Origin: Bacillota bacterium
GTDB lineage: Bacteria > Bacillota > Ch66 > Ch109
Assembly: GCA_050952625.1 (NCBI GenBank)
Contig: JBMNLH010000009.1
Location: 1-19,330, forward strand
Direction of reading: 5' to 3'
DNA length: 19,330 nt
The first letter of the stretch is position 1, and each line of letters starts with the position of its first letter. The notes beneath the pieces were generated by a model. That model had not been told where the DNA came from, did no database searches, and worked only from the letters and a program-made list of their open reading frames with translations. Both the position numbers and the translations under genes were made by a program. Of the stretch, positions 1-8,568 are shown in pieces.

Positions 1-336
1 CCGCTTGAAGCCTTTAATGATAAAGATGAAGCTAAAAAGGAAACGGCAATAGATGAGTTTTTGCCATTTATCCGATTTCTTTATGATAGACGGGAAAAGG
101 TGTATCAGCTCTTAAATGGTGTTAAAGAAGATGGCAAAATCCCCAGGTACGCCATCCCTGGGATGGCAAGAACCAAAGCAATTTACATGAGCGATAAAGT
201 AGCCAGTGTGATGGGTGAGTTTAGTCGGGAAAAGAATGTGACTCAGCGAGAAATAGTGGAAGCGGCTTTAGTAGAATACCTCCAGAAGTATGGATTTAAG
301 CAGGAGGTGGAAATGCTTTTACAGAATAGATCATGA
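1..336 (+). CDS. Hypothetical protein, 3' part (frame open from the window edge); C-terminal ribbon-helix-helix-like segment, probably a mobile-element accessory gene
   Basis: Frame +1 has no stop from base 1 (PLEAFNDKDEAKKETAIDEFLPF...) to TGA at 334-336, so the true start is upstream of the window. C-terminal TKAIYMSDKVASVMGEFSREKNVTQREIVEAALVEYLQKY fits a strand-helix-helix pattern. Confidence 0.6.
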   Translation, partial: PLEAFNDKDEAKKETAIDEFLPFIRFLYDRREKVYQLLNGVKEDGKIPRYAIPGMARTKAIYMSDKVASVMGEFSREKNVTQREIVEAALVEYLQKYGFKQEVEMLLQNRS

Positions 337-375
337 TAAAGAACATTTCCAAAGCCCTTTTTGTGCTTGTTATAT

Positions 376-535
376 GAAAACCTTTGTAAATCATAAGCTT
401 ATGAATTATAAGGGTTTCGATATGTTTGCATATCATATAAAAGGTTGTTATGGGTGGTTCATAAGGAGGCTCTAAACCTTGATGTTACGGGGTTTCAGGG
501 CCTTTTTAATGCTCATAAAATCCTGTTTTTCGTGC
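376..535. other. Palindrome-rich putative element end / site-specific recombination site
   Basis: Perfect palindrome TCATAAGCTTATGA (391-404) inside a longer imperfect inverted repeat (376-418); second AAACCTT...GGGTTTC dyad (475-496); core-like GCTCATAA-N9-TTTCGTGC (511-535) abutting a 5'-truncated gene. Confidence 0.45.
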
Positions 536-1958
536 TATTAGTGTGGAAGGTGTTGCTAAGGTTGGAGAAACACTGGAAGCAGTAGATTTGGAGCCATCAA
601 ATGCGACAGTTGACTATCAGTGGCAAGCCAGCGCTGATGATGGAACAACTTGGGATGATATTGCTGATGCAACTTCAAAGACATATATACTGAGTGAAAA
701 TGAAGTAGGTAAGTTGATTAGGGTTAAAGTGACTGGAACAGGTAACTTCACTGGTACGAAGACAAGTGATCCGGTAGGACCGGTAACTGTAGCACTTAAA
801 GAAGTAGTCCGTGCAGACGGAGATGTAACTCAAGACGCTGGATTTACAGGTGGAAAGAGCTTAGAATACGACTTTGTAGCAGCCGGCAAGAAGTTAACTA
901 TTAATGCTAACAACACCAAATTACCATACTACGAAGCAGATGGAAGCACACCACCAAGAACAGCCAACTGGGTAGGCGTAGCAATTCCAGTACCGGCTGA
1001 TGTGGATACAAGTGAAGTAACAGCTACCATCAACGGTGTAGCATGTACTGACCTGTTCTTTGCAGACGGCAAGTACATGGAATACATTGATGTAAAAGCT
1101 GATGACTTAACTGAAGGTGCAGCAACCTACGAATGGGTAATCAAGTGGGGTTCCGGCTATGCTGACGAGACCATCACCATTGAGCTTATCAATGTAGCTG
1201 GTCTAGAAGCACCTGAAGAAGAGCCATTAGAAGTAGTCCGTGCAGATGGAGATGTAACTCAGGACGCTGGTAAGACTGGTGGAACTGAGCTAACCTACAA
1301 TTTTGTAGCAGCCGGCAAGAAGTTAACTATTGATGCTAACGACACCAAATTACCATACTACGAAGCAGATGGAAGCACACCACCAAGAACAGCCAACTGG
1401 GTAGGCGTAGCAATTCCAGTACCGGCTGATGTGGATACAAGTGAAGTAACAGCTACCATCAACGGTAAAGAGTGTGTAGACCTGTTCTTTGCAGACGGCA
1501 AGTACATGGAATACATTGATGTAAAAGAAGTAGTTGATGGTAAAGCGACCTTTACTTGGGTAATCAAGTGGGGTTCCGGCTATGCTGACGAGACCATCAC
1601 CATTGAGCTTAAAAATGTAGCTGGTTTAGAAGCACCTGAAGTAGTTCCGGAAACAGCCAGTTTTGTGGCCAAGAACAGCTTTGGCATCAACGACAACAAA
1701 GTGTACGCTGGTTATGAGCTGCAAGATAAAGACGATATTCAGATTCCTTTGATTGAGAGCAAGATTGAGAGTATAAGCGTTAAAGATCCTGATGGAAACG
1801 TTACTGAGTTAACGGTTGTAGGTGAAACAGATCCGTACCTGTGGTTCAACATTGCCAAGAAAGCAGGTACTTACACCTATACCGTAGTAACCAAAGGTGA
1901 AGATGCCAAAACATACGAAGCTACCATTGACTGGAACGAGCCGACCGAAGCAACGTAA
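531..1958 (+). pseudogene. Fragment of a large cell-surface (S-layer / Ig-like repeat) protein gene, 5'-truncated and interrupted by IS66
   Basis: No RBS or signal peptide; frame reads AISVEGVAKVGETLEA...YQWQ...TYILSENEVGKLIRVKVT (Ig-like module typical of surface proteins); acidic, Thr/Val-rich; the TAA stop (1956-1958) is supplied by the IS66 terminus. Confidence 0.75.
801..1640 (+). repeat. Two intragenic direct repeats of ~415 bp (801-1217 and 1230-1640), ~138 aa each
   Basis: Both begin GAAGTAGTCCGTGCAGA and end GAAGCACCTGAA; long identical blocks (e.g. ~913-1037 vs ~1342-1466). Confidence 0.95.
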
Positions 1959-2008
1959 GCGTAAAATAATCCCCACCTTGTAGAATAAGGCGGGGATTCA
2001 AAATAAGC

Positions 2009-3583
2009 TTATTTACCGACACGGCATGCAGGAGGCAAGGAATCAGACCACGGGAGCAGCTCATCCAAGGCATTCCTGTCTCTGATATCCAGGTTGGGAA
2101 GCTTTTCGAAGAGATACTTAAGGTAGTGGAAGGGACTTAGCCCGTTTTCCTTCGCCGTTTCTATAATGCTATAGGTGATGGCGCTGGCCCGGGCCCCTCG
2201 CGGGGTATTGGCAAACAACCAATTTTTGCGGCCAATGACAAAGGGCTTGATGGAGCGTTCGCTCCGGTTGTTATCGAGTTCCAGGCGTCCGTCTTGTAAA
2301 AAGGCAGTGAGTTTATCCCACTGTTTCAGACAGTAGTTAATAGCCTGGCCAAAAGCACTTTTGGGCAATACCTGGGGTTTATGGTGTTTAAGCCATGCCA
2401 AAAAGGCATCCAGCACCGGACGGCTGCGCACCAGGCGAGTGTGATAACGTTCTTCTGGGGTAGCTTCTTTTAGTTCGCGCTCAATGGCAAAAAGTTGGTT
2501 GCAAAATTCCAACCCCTCCCGGGCGGCCACCGCTGCCGCACGTTTTGGATCCGGCAGGGCCTTGAGCGCCTCGTCGAACTTGCGCCGGGCATGGGCCCAG
2601 CAGCCGACCAGGGTTACATCAGGCAACTCATTGTAACCGGCGTAGCCGTCAACGTGCAGGTAACCCTTGAAACCGGCCAGGAACCGGCGAGGGTGTTTGC
2701 TGGCCCGGGTGGTCTGGTAGTCATAAAGAACGATGGGGGGCCCGTCCCGCCCGGTGCGGTAGAGCCAGAGGTACGACTGGGTTTCGGCTGCCCGGCCTGG
2801 TTCCCGCAGGACCTGTAAGGTCGTCTCGTCAGCATGCAGGATATCCCGTTGGCGCAGGTGTTCATGCAGGCGGTCGCAGATCAGGCTCAACCAGTTGTTT
2901 GCCCCACGAAGTACCCAGTTGGCCAGCGTCTGCCGGGACAGTTCAATCCCCAATGCGGCAAACTGCTGCTCCTGGCGGTACAGAGGCAGGCCTTCTCCAT
3001 ATTTCTGGTTCATGATGTAAGCCATGGCGGAAGGAGACGCCAAACTGCCAGGAAACACAGGTGAAGGCGCCGGCGCTGTGACAATGGGGGTATTAATCTC
3101 TTCACGTTCGCAGCGGCGGCAGGCATAAACGTAACGTATATGCCTGACCACTTTCACTTGGGCCGGTATAATCTGAAGCTCTTGCCGCACCTCGGTGCTC
3201 ATTTCATGCAAAGGGCCGCCGCAGCATGAACAGATCTGCTCTTCGGCGGGCAAACGGTATTCGACCGTCTCAACCGGCAAGTCTTCCAGCACCGCCTCCC
3301 GGTGACCGCGTTGTTTGCGGCGCTTGTAGGTGATCATCTCCATGGTCGGCTCGGCCAGATCTGGTTTAGCTTCCGCCTCCGCCTCATTAAAAAAAGAAAG
3401 CTGCTGTTGTTCAGGAGCGGTCCGTTCGCTGGAAACACCGAATTGACGTCGTTTGTTCAAGCGTAACTGCTCCATCAGCCAGTTCAGCTTGGCGGTCAGT
3501 TCAGCGTTTTCCCGTTCCAGTTGAACACAGCACTTTTGTAGTTCTTCTATGGACATGGTCTCGATATTCTGATTGATATTCAT
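2009..3583 (-). CDS. tnpC: IS66 family DDE transposase TnpC
   Basis: Coiled coil plus FGVSSER, zinc finger CSCCGG...[56 protein letters not shown] motifs. Confidence 0.97.
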   Translation of the reverse strand: MNINQNIETMSIEELQKCCVQLERENAELTAKLNWLMEQLRLNKRRQFGVSSERTAPEQQQLSFFNEAEAEAKPDLAEPTMEMITYKRRKQRGHREAVLEDLPVETVEYRLPAEEQICSCCGGPLHEMSTEVRQELQIIPAQVKVVRHIRYVYACRRCEREEINTPIVTAPAPSPVFPGSLASPSAMAYIMNQKYGEGLPLYRQEQQFAALGIELSRQTLANWVLRGANNWLSLICDRLHEHLRQRDILHADETTLQVLREPGRAAETQSYLWLYRTGRDGPPIVLYDYQTTRASKHPRRFLAGFKGYLHVDGYAGYNELPDVTLVGCWAHARRKFDEALKALPDPKRAAAVAAREGLEFCNQLFAIERELKEATPEERYHTRLVRSRPVLDAFLAWLKHHKPQVLPKSAFGQAINYCLKQWDKLTAFLQDGRLELDNNRSERSIKPFVIGRKNWLFANTPRGARASAITYSIIETAKENGLSPFHYLKYLFEKLPNLDIRDRNALDELLPWSDSLPPACRVGK

Positions 3584-3676
3584 ATTAATTACTTCGACAA
3601 ATTAAACGGAAATCCTCCAAAATAGACCAGAAGCTGAAACTATTTCTGCTATTTCACTCATTATTACCGTCTATTG

Positions 3677-4033
3677 TTATAAAATGGTGCGTGCTTTCAC
3701 CTCGGGATGGGCATGGGGCTGTTTTAAAGGGAGGCCATCGAGCAACCAGCGCAATTCCCGGTAGCTGATGGTGATAGTCGAAAAATTATCTTCCGACGGC
3801 CAGTAAAATTTGCCTTTCTCCAGCCGGCGGTAATGGAGCCAGAACCCGTTATGATCCCAGTGGAGAATTTTAAGTTTATCGCGCTGCCGGTTGCAGAAGA
3901 CAAAAAGACAGGAAGAAAAGGGGTCCAGTTCGAACCCTTCCTTGACTAGCACGGCCAATCCGTCAATGGACTTGCGCAGATCGGTGGCGCCGCAGGCGAG
4001 ATAAACCCGGTCGATACCGAATTCTTTCAGCAT
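3677..4033 (-). CDS. tnpB: IS66 accessory protein TnpB
   Basis: VYLACGATDLRKSIDGLA, FVFCNRQRDKLKILHWDHNGFWLHYRRLEKGKFYWP, ELRWLLDGL. Confidence 0.96.
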   Translation of the reverse strand: MLKEFGIDRVYLACGATDLRKSIDGLAVLVKEGFELDPFSSCLFVFCNRQRDKLKILHWDHNGFWLHYRRLEKGKFYWPSEDNFSTITISYRELRWLLDGLPLKQPHAHPEVKARTIL

Positions 4034-4353
4034 AACGCGACCAGGACCCGGATTACCTGGGAGAGCAGTTCTGGATTAAAACCGGGTTTTACCTCGATGC
4101 CAGCCTGCCCTATTCTGATCAGCAAGGAGCCGTCGTCCTGCTCTGCAGGTGGTTGCTCGCTTAATTCAACTGGCAGCCACCGGGTTGACCTGGTATGGGA
4201 AGGGCTGTTCTGGTTCCTAAACTTTCGGAGCCAGTACCACAATTGCCGGGGGGTTACGTTATGGGCCGCACACCATTCTTTAGCCTTCTGCCCGCTGGCC
4301 CGGTATTCGGCAATCCTGTTTTCCCATAGCTTTTGTTGTTCGGCTTTGGTCAC
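4027..4353 (-). CDS. tnpA: IS66 accessory protein TnpA (HTH)
   Basis: WENRIAEYRASGQKAKEWCAAHNVTPRQLWYWLRKF; RBS GAGGAGG before GTG start; overlaps the tnpB start. Confidence 0.93.
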   Translation of the reverse strand: MTKAEQQKLWENRIAEYRASGQKAKEWCAAHNVTPRQLWYWLRKFRNQNSPSHTRSTRWLPVELSEQPPAEQDDGSLLIRIGQAGIEVKPGFNPELLSQVIRVLVALC

Positions 4354-4442
4354 AAAGAAAACCCTCCTCGTTTCGTGTTCTGAGGAAGATTATCCTATTG
4401 ACCTAGGGATGATACAAGGTGGGTACAGTTTGACGCTTACAT

Positions 4443-4628
4443 GTATTCGATACAGGGACTGGTGGATCTGGAAAGTTGAGTTCCGCAGCAACAACTGTCA
4501 CTGGAAACAATGGAGCAAAGGTCACATTTAATTCCTCTGATGCTACCAGCACACTAAACGGAAAGACTTTAACTAAAGGGGATAGTTATGTTTGGAGTAC
4601 CGATAAATGGGATAAAGAAACTCCATAG
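4443..4628 (+). pseudogene. Orphan 3' end of a surface-protein gene (61 codons + TAG) directly right of IS66
   Basis: Open frame VFDTGTGGSGKLSSAATTVTGNNGAKVTFNSSDATSTLNGKTLTKGDSYVWSTDKWDKETP* with no start codon; Thr/Gly/Ser-rich like the fragment left of the IS. Confidence 0.65.
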
Positions 4629-4905
4629 AAAACTTAAGACATTTAATGTCAGAGTGGCGTGACAGGGGGACAGGGCATTTTCCCACCAGTTCCTGATGGT
4701 CGTAGCTGGCCAGGGAGAAATGGTGCCAGGCACCAGTGCCGGGCGGAATTGGAATCCCTAGCCCATCAATAACATTAAGAACTAACAACATGCCCCGCGG
4801 GCAAGCAAACAATTAAGCGATCTTCTCACGGGGCTTTTCTTTTTAGGTATACGGGTGCAAAGGGTGGTGGGGAGTTGATGTTTAGCTATTTGCTTATAGC
4901 AAGAA

Positions 4906-4935
4906 AGAGGAAACAGAGGTTTTACTATAGAATTA
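4906..4935 (+). promoter_or_regulatory. Putative SigH-type promoter of the DUF262 gene
   Basis: AGGA (4908-4911)-N18-GAAT (4930-4933), ~50 bp upstream of the ATG. Confidence 0.4.
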
Positions 4936-4980
4936 TCCTAACAATGCAACAAATAATAATCAAAAAAAGATGGTGAGGTC

Positions 4981-6261
4981 ATGGAAACTTTTGATTCGAC
5001 CAAAAGAAGTCTATTTGAGATATTAAGAGATGTGCATAGGGGTAAAATACAATTACCCGACTTCCAAAGAGGATGGATTTGGGATGACAACCGCATAAAG
5101 GGAATTCTTGCTAGTGTTGCTAAATCCTTTCCGATCGGTGCTATTATGCTTTTGGAGACCGGTAATGAAAACGTAAGATTTAAAACAAAACCTGTAGAAG
5201 GCGTAAAACTTGACAATGATGTTAAGCCCGATTTGCTAATTCTTGACGGACAACAGCGAATTACTTCACTTTACCAAACAATTGTAACTAATGAGATAGT
5301 CACCACTAGAAATGAAAAAAACTATGAAATCAAACGTTGGTATTACATTGATATGGTTAAAGCCATGGATGATAATTATGATCTCGAGGAGGCTATCATA
5401 TCTCTCAACGAAAAGAAACAGATTACAGAGGATTTTGGGCGACGTATCGTGCTTGATTTATCTAAGAAAGAATTTGAATATAAGAACCTTATGTACCCGG
5501 TTTGCATGATCGATGATTATAGCACTTGGAGACGTGGGTTTAATGAGTATTGGCAGCATAACAGCGAGAAATCTATGTTTTGGGACAAGTTTGAAGACAG
5601 GATCATCAATAGTTTCAACAAATATATGCTTCCAGTAATAATTATGAAAAAAGAAAATTCTAAGGAAGCAGTCTGCCAAGTTTTTGAAAAGGTTAATACT
5701 GGCGGAGTACCCCTAAATGTTTTTGAGTTATTAACGGCAACCTTTGCTGCTGATGAGTTTGACCTAAAAAAGGATTGGCAGAAAATAAAAGAGGAGTTTA
5801 ATAATTATAAGTTACTTTCTGGAGTCAGCAGCACTGATGTCATACAAGCCATTACTTTGATTGTTACTTACAACAAAAAAGTAAACCGAGTAAAACAAAA
5901 TATTCCTGACGAAGAATCACCGACCGTTAGCTGTAAACGAAAAGATATGCTTGAATTATCTCTTCAGGATTATCAAATATCAAGTCGTACTAATCGTATA
6001 ATAAGTGGTGAAGCTCCAAGTAAATATTTGGTGAGAATAAAAAAACATGCTGAAGTAAGTGATGACGAGTTTCGAAATGTCTTAAAATCCCATGCGCTCT
6101 CACCTGAATTACTGTACGCAGATGATTTTGAAAACTTTTTCATTGACCGTAAGGAGAAAATACTGCAGAAAATCGAAAAAGCTATGAATAAATCCATCCC
6201 CAGGGAAGCAATTCAGACTGAAGAAGGAGTTTATATGGATGAGGGCAGTGAAGAAGAATAA
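4981..6261 (+). CDS. DUF262 (GmrSD-like N-terminal ParB/Srx-fold) protein; probable in-frame internal deletion of the HNH (DUF1524-like) region
   Basis: QLPDFQRGWIW, FPIGAIMLL, LDGQQRITSL and VFEKVNTGGVPL are DUF262 motifs; C-terminal RTNRIISGEAPSKYL is present but no preceding D-x-H-H-I-F-P-type motif. RBS GGTGAGG. Confidence 0.85.
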   Translation: METFDSTKRSLFEILRDVHRGKIQLPDFQRGWIWDDNRIKGILASVAKSFPIGAIMLLETGNENVRFKTKPVEGVKLDNDVKPDLLILDGQQRITSLYQTIVTNEIVTTRNEKNYEIKRWYYIDMVKAMDDNYDLEEAIISLNEKKQITEDFGRRIVLDLSKKEFEYKNLMYPVCMIDDYSTWRRGFNEYWQHNSEKSMFWDKFEDRIINSFNKYMLPVIIMKKENSKEAVCQVFEKVNTGGVPLNVFELLTATFAADEFDLKKDWQKIKEEFNNYKLLSGVSSTDVIQAITLIVTYNKKVNRVKQNIPDEESPTVSCKRKDMLELSLQDYQISSRTNRIISGEAPSKYLVRIKKHAEVSDDEFRNVLKSHALSPELLYADDFENFFIDRKEKILQKIEKAMNKSIPREAIQTEEGVYMDEGSEEE

Positions 6262-6320
6262 CAGACATTTAAACATACTAAAGGGGTCCGGTATTGAAAA
6301 CCTTTATTTTTAAATTTTCC

Positions 6321-6385
6321 TTGAAAAAATGAGCAGCGGTGCTATAATTGAATTAACCAATAAGTTAAGTTAACCAAATGGTAAA
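6321..6385 (+). promoter_or_regulatory. SigA promoter with tandem palindromic operators for the TA operon
   Basis: TTGAAA (6321-6326)-N16-TATAAT (6343-6348) with extended TGn; TTAACC-N4-AGTTAA (6353-6368) and TTAACC-N4-GGTAAA (6370-6385). Confidence 0.75.
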
Positions 6386-6405
6386 GTTTGGTGGCGATAC
6401 AGGGA

Positions 6406-6753
6406 GTGAAGCTAAAATATGAAAAACCATCAGCGGAAAAATACTTTAGTAATTTTGCTTTAATGAATAAGGAAAAAGGGAAAGATTTGACCAGGGCTAT
6501 TAAGAAGCGGTGTGATCAATTAAAAGCTGCGCCTAATTTTAGCATATATCTTAGCACTGGGCTTGGGAAACCTCATCCATTATACGGAAATCTTAAAGGC
6601 TGTTATGGGATTAGCATTACCGGTAATATTAGACTTATTGTTAGGCCGGATGCGGAAAGTTTAGATCCTACTTCTTTAACGAAATGTGATTCAGTAATCA
6701 TAGAGGGGGTGATGGATTATCATGGTCAAAAACAAGAATGGCTTATCCCGTGA
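6406..6753 (+). CDS. higB: HigB/RelE-family type II toxin (plasmid-maintenance-killer-like)
   Basis: KKRCDQLKAAPNF...GKPHPLYGNLKGCYGISITGNIRLIVRP...VMDYHG; toxin-first arrangement. Start placed at GTG 6406 (6388/6391 possible). Confidence 0.8.
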   Translation: MKLKYEKPSAEKYFSNFALMNKEKGKDLTRAIKKRCDQLKAAPNFSIYLSTGLGKPHPLYGNLKGCYGISITGNIRLIVRPDAESLDPTSLTKCDSVIIEGVMDYHGQKQEWLIP

Positions 6754-7819
6754 TTTTATCATTCACCCAGGAGAAACTTTAAAAGAAATTCTTGAAGATC
6801 GGGGCATGAGTCAAAGAGAATTAGCTGCAAGAACTGGTGTGACAGAATCGTATATCAGCAGTGTGGTTAACTGTCAAAAAGCTATATCAGTTAGTTTTGC
6901 CAAAAAATTGGAATATGCATTAGACATCGACGCTAGTTTTTGGATTAATCTGCAAGCTAATTACGATAAAGAACTGGCGGATTTTGAAGAAATCAACGAA
7001 ATTTCTGGCGAGGAACTGGAGATTCTTAATAGGTTAAACAGTATTATAACACACCTAAAACAAATAGGTTTCTTAGAAAAGGAAGCATACGGACCAATAA
7101 TTGTCATTCAATTAAGGAAACTATTAAATGTCAGTAGCTTAATACGTATACCAGAGGTTTCCCAAGCGGGTGCCTATCGTTTAGCTAAAACCACCAAGGT
7201 GGATCCGTATGTTTTATTTACGTGGTTGAGGATGTGCGACTTGATAGTAAAGGATCAGCAAATTGAACAGGGATTGGATATCGATAAATTAAAAGATAAA
7301 ATTCCTCGGATAAAAGATCTGATGTTTGAAGATGTGGCTGTTATTCAACCCCGCCTAAAAGAGTATTTGTCCGAGTGTGGAATTAAATTTTCCATTGTCA
7401 AACATTTTAGAGGTGCTCCTGTTCAAGGGGTGATTAAAAAGAACGATGACGGTACCTTAAATTTGCTTATGACTACGAGACGTAAATTTGCAGATATTTT
7501 TTGGTTTACATTTTTTCATGAAATTGGGCACATCATAAACGGGGATATTGAGGATAAATTGATTGACTACGATTTTGCAAAAGGTGAGTTGGAGGATAGG
7601 GCAGACAAATTTGCCGCAAATACTTTAATCGATACGGCGGAGTATAATAGTTTTGTGCGAAAAAGAGATTTTTCTTTGCCTAGCATCAAAAAAATTTGTG
7701 CCGATCAGGGTATTCCCACCTATATCCTAATAGGCAGGCTTCAACGAGATAAGCATCTTAAATATCATCAATACTCAACTGAGAAGGTCAGATATGAATT
7801 GGTGAGTCCGGAACTTTAA
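6722..7819 (+). CDS. higA: HigA-family antitoxin (Xre HTH) fused to an ImmA/IrrE metallopeptidase domain
   Basis: IHPGETLKEILEDRGMSQRELAARTG...FWINLQANYD (HigA); FWFTFFHEIGH (HExxH) and EDRADKFAANTLI. Confidence 0.9.
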   Translation: MVKNKNGLSRDFIIHPGETLKEILEDRGMSQRELAARTGVTESYISSVVNCQKAISVSFAKKLEYALDIDASFWINLQANYDKELADFEEINEISGEELEILNRLNSIITHLKQIGFLEKEAYGPIIVIQLRKLLNVSSLIRIPEVSQAGAYRLAKTTKVDPYVLFTWLRMCDLIVKDQQIEQGLDIDKLKDKIPRIKDLMFEDVAVIQPRLKEYLSECGIKFSIVKHFRGAPVQGVIKKNDDGTLNLLMTTRRKFADIFWFTFFHEIGHIINGDIEDKLIDYDFAKGELEDRADKFAANTLIDTAEYNSFVRKRDFSLPSIKKICADQGIPTYILIGRLQRDKHLKYHQYSTEKVRYELVSPEL

Positions 7820-7905
7820 TCTGATGCTTTGGTTTATATATTGTCGATTCTCACTATCACACGTACTTCAGCCTAGCTTTTTGATCAGATTAATGCTTAC
7901 GGTTA

Positions 7906-8442
7906 TCAATCAATCACGTGCATAACTTCCTCCAGCGGTCGCCGAGCGACCGTTTTTGTCTCTCGGGCGGGATGCCCTATAGGGATAATTGCCACTGGGC
8001 GGTATTCGGGTTTCAACTTTAATATTTGGGCTACCTCTTGTTCATTGAATGCCCCAACCCAACAACTGCCAAGCCCATAGGCTGTAGCAGTGAGCAGGAT
8101 ATTCTCGACAGCAGCTGCGGTGTCCTGAATACAATAGAGATCTCGGCCACGTTGGCCGTACCTAGCAGCGGAGCGGTTTGGTTCAGCACAGACTACGATA
8201 TTAACAGGTGCTTCGGCCAGGAAGGTTTGGTTTAGGGCTGCCCTAACTAGTTGCTGCCGGATCTCAAGATTGTTAACGACGATAAAGTACCAGGGCTGTA
8301 AATTGCCTGCATTTGGTGCTTGGCAGGCTGCCTCAAGCAATTTTTTTATGGTTTCCGGTGATACCGGATCAGGTTTAAACCTACGAACGCTTTTTCTTTC
8401 TTTTATCAACGATATTATTAAATCCGCAGACATATTGGACAT
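7906..8442 (-). CDS. Nitroreductase family protein
   Basis: RKSVRRFKPDPV, APNAGNLQPWYF, GLGSCWVGAF, IIPIGHP; RBS AAGGGGAG 8 nt before ATG at 8442. Confidence 0.93.
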   Translation of the reverse strand: MSNMSADLIISLIKERKSVRRFKPDPVSPETIKKLLEAACQAPNAGNLQPWYFIVVNNLEIRQQLVRAALNQTFLAEAPVNIVVCAEPNRSAARYGQRGRDLYCIQDTAAAVENILLTATAYGLGSCWVGAFNEQEVAQILKLKPEYRPVAIIPIGHPARETKTVARRPLEEVMHVID

Positions 8443-8568
8443 ATTGCATTCTCCCCTTTTAAATAAATTAAGGTTCATTATCCATAATTCATTATCTATA
8501 TAAGAACATATATAAAAATTCTTTATTCATCGGATGACTAGATTTATGGTCACAGATAATTTGAAAGA

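Larger units (their letters stand above)
1955..4440 (-). mobile_element. IS66-family insertion sequence, complete (2486 bp), no target-site duplication
   Basis: Terminal inverted repeats GTAAGCGTAAAATAATCCCCACCTTGTA (from 1955) and reverse complement GTAAGCGTCAAACTGTACCCACCTTGTA (ending 4440); tnpA-tnpB-tnpC order; 8-bp flanks GAAGCAAC and ATGTATTC differ. Confidence 0.96.

Noticed and set aside
801-1640. Diversity-generating retroelement TR/VR pair
   Set aside because: Mismatches are not adenine-specific, both repeats are in-frame domains of ~415 bp, and there is no reverse transcriptase in the window.
3677-4033. RNA-guided TnpB nuclease
   Set aside because: This is the 118-aa IS66 accessory TnpB, unrelated to IS200/IS605 TnpB; no RuvC motifs.
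2495-4531. Antisense/alternate-frame ORFs in IS66 (2495-2818, 2614-2865, 2834-3064, 4097-4531)
   Set aside because: Shadows of well-supported transposase genes with no recognisable motifs.
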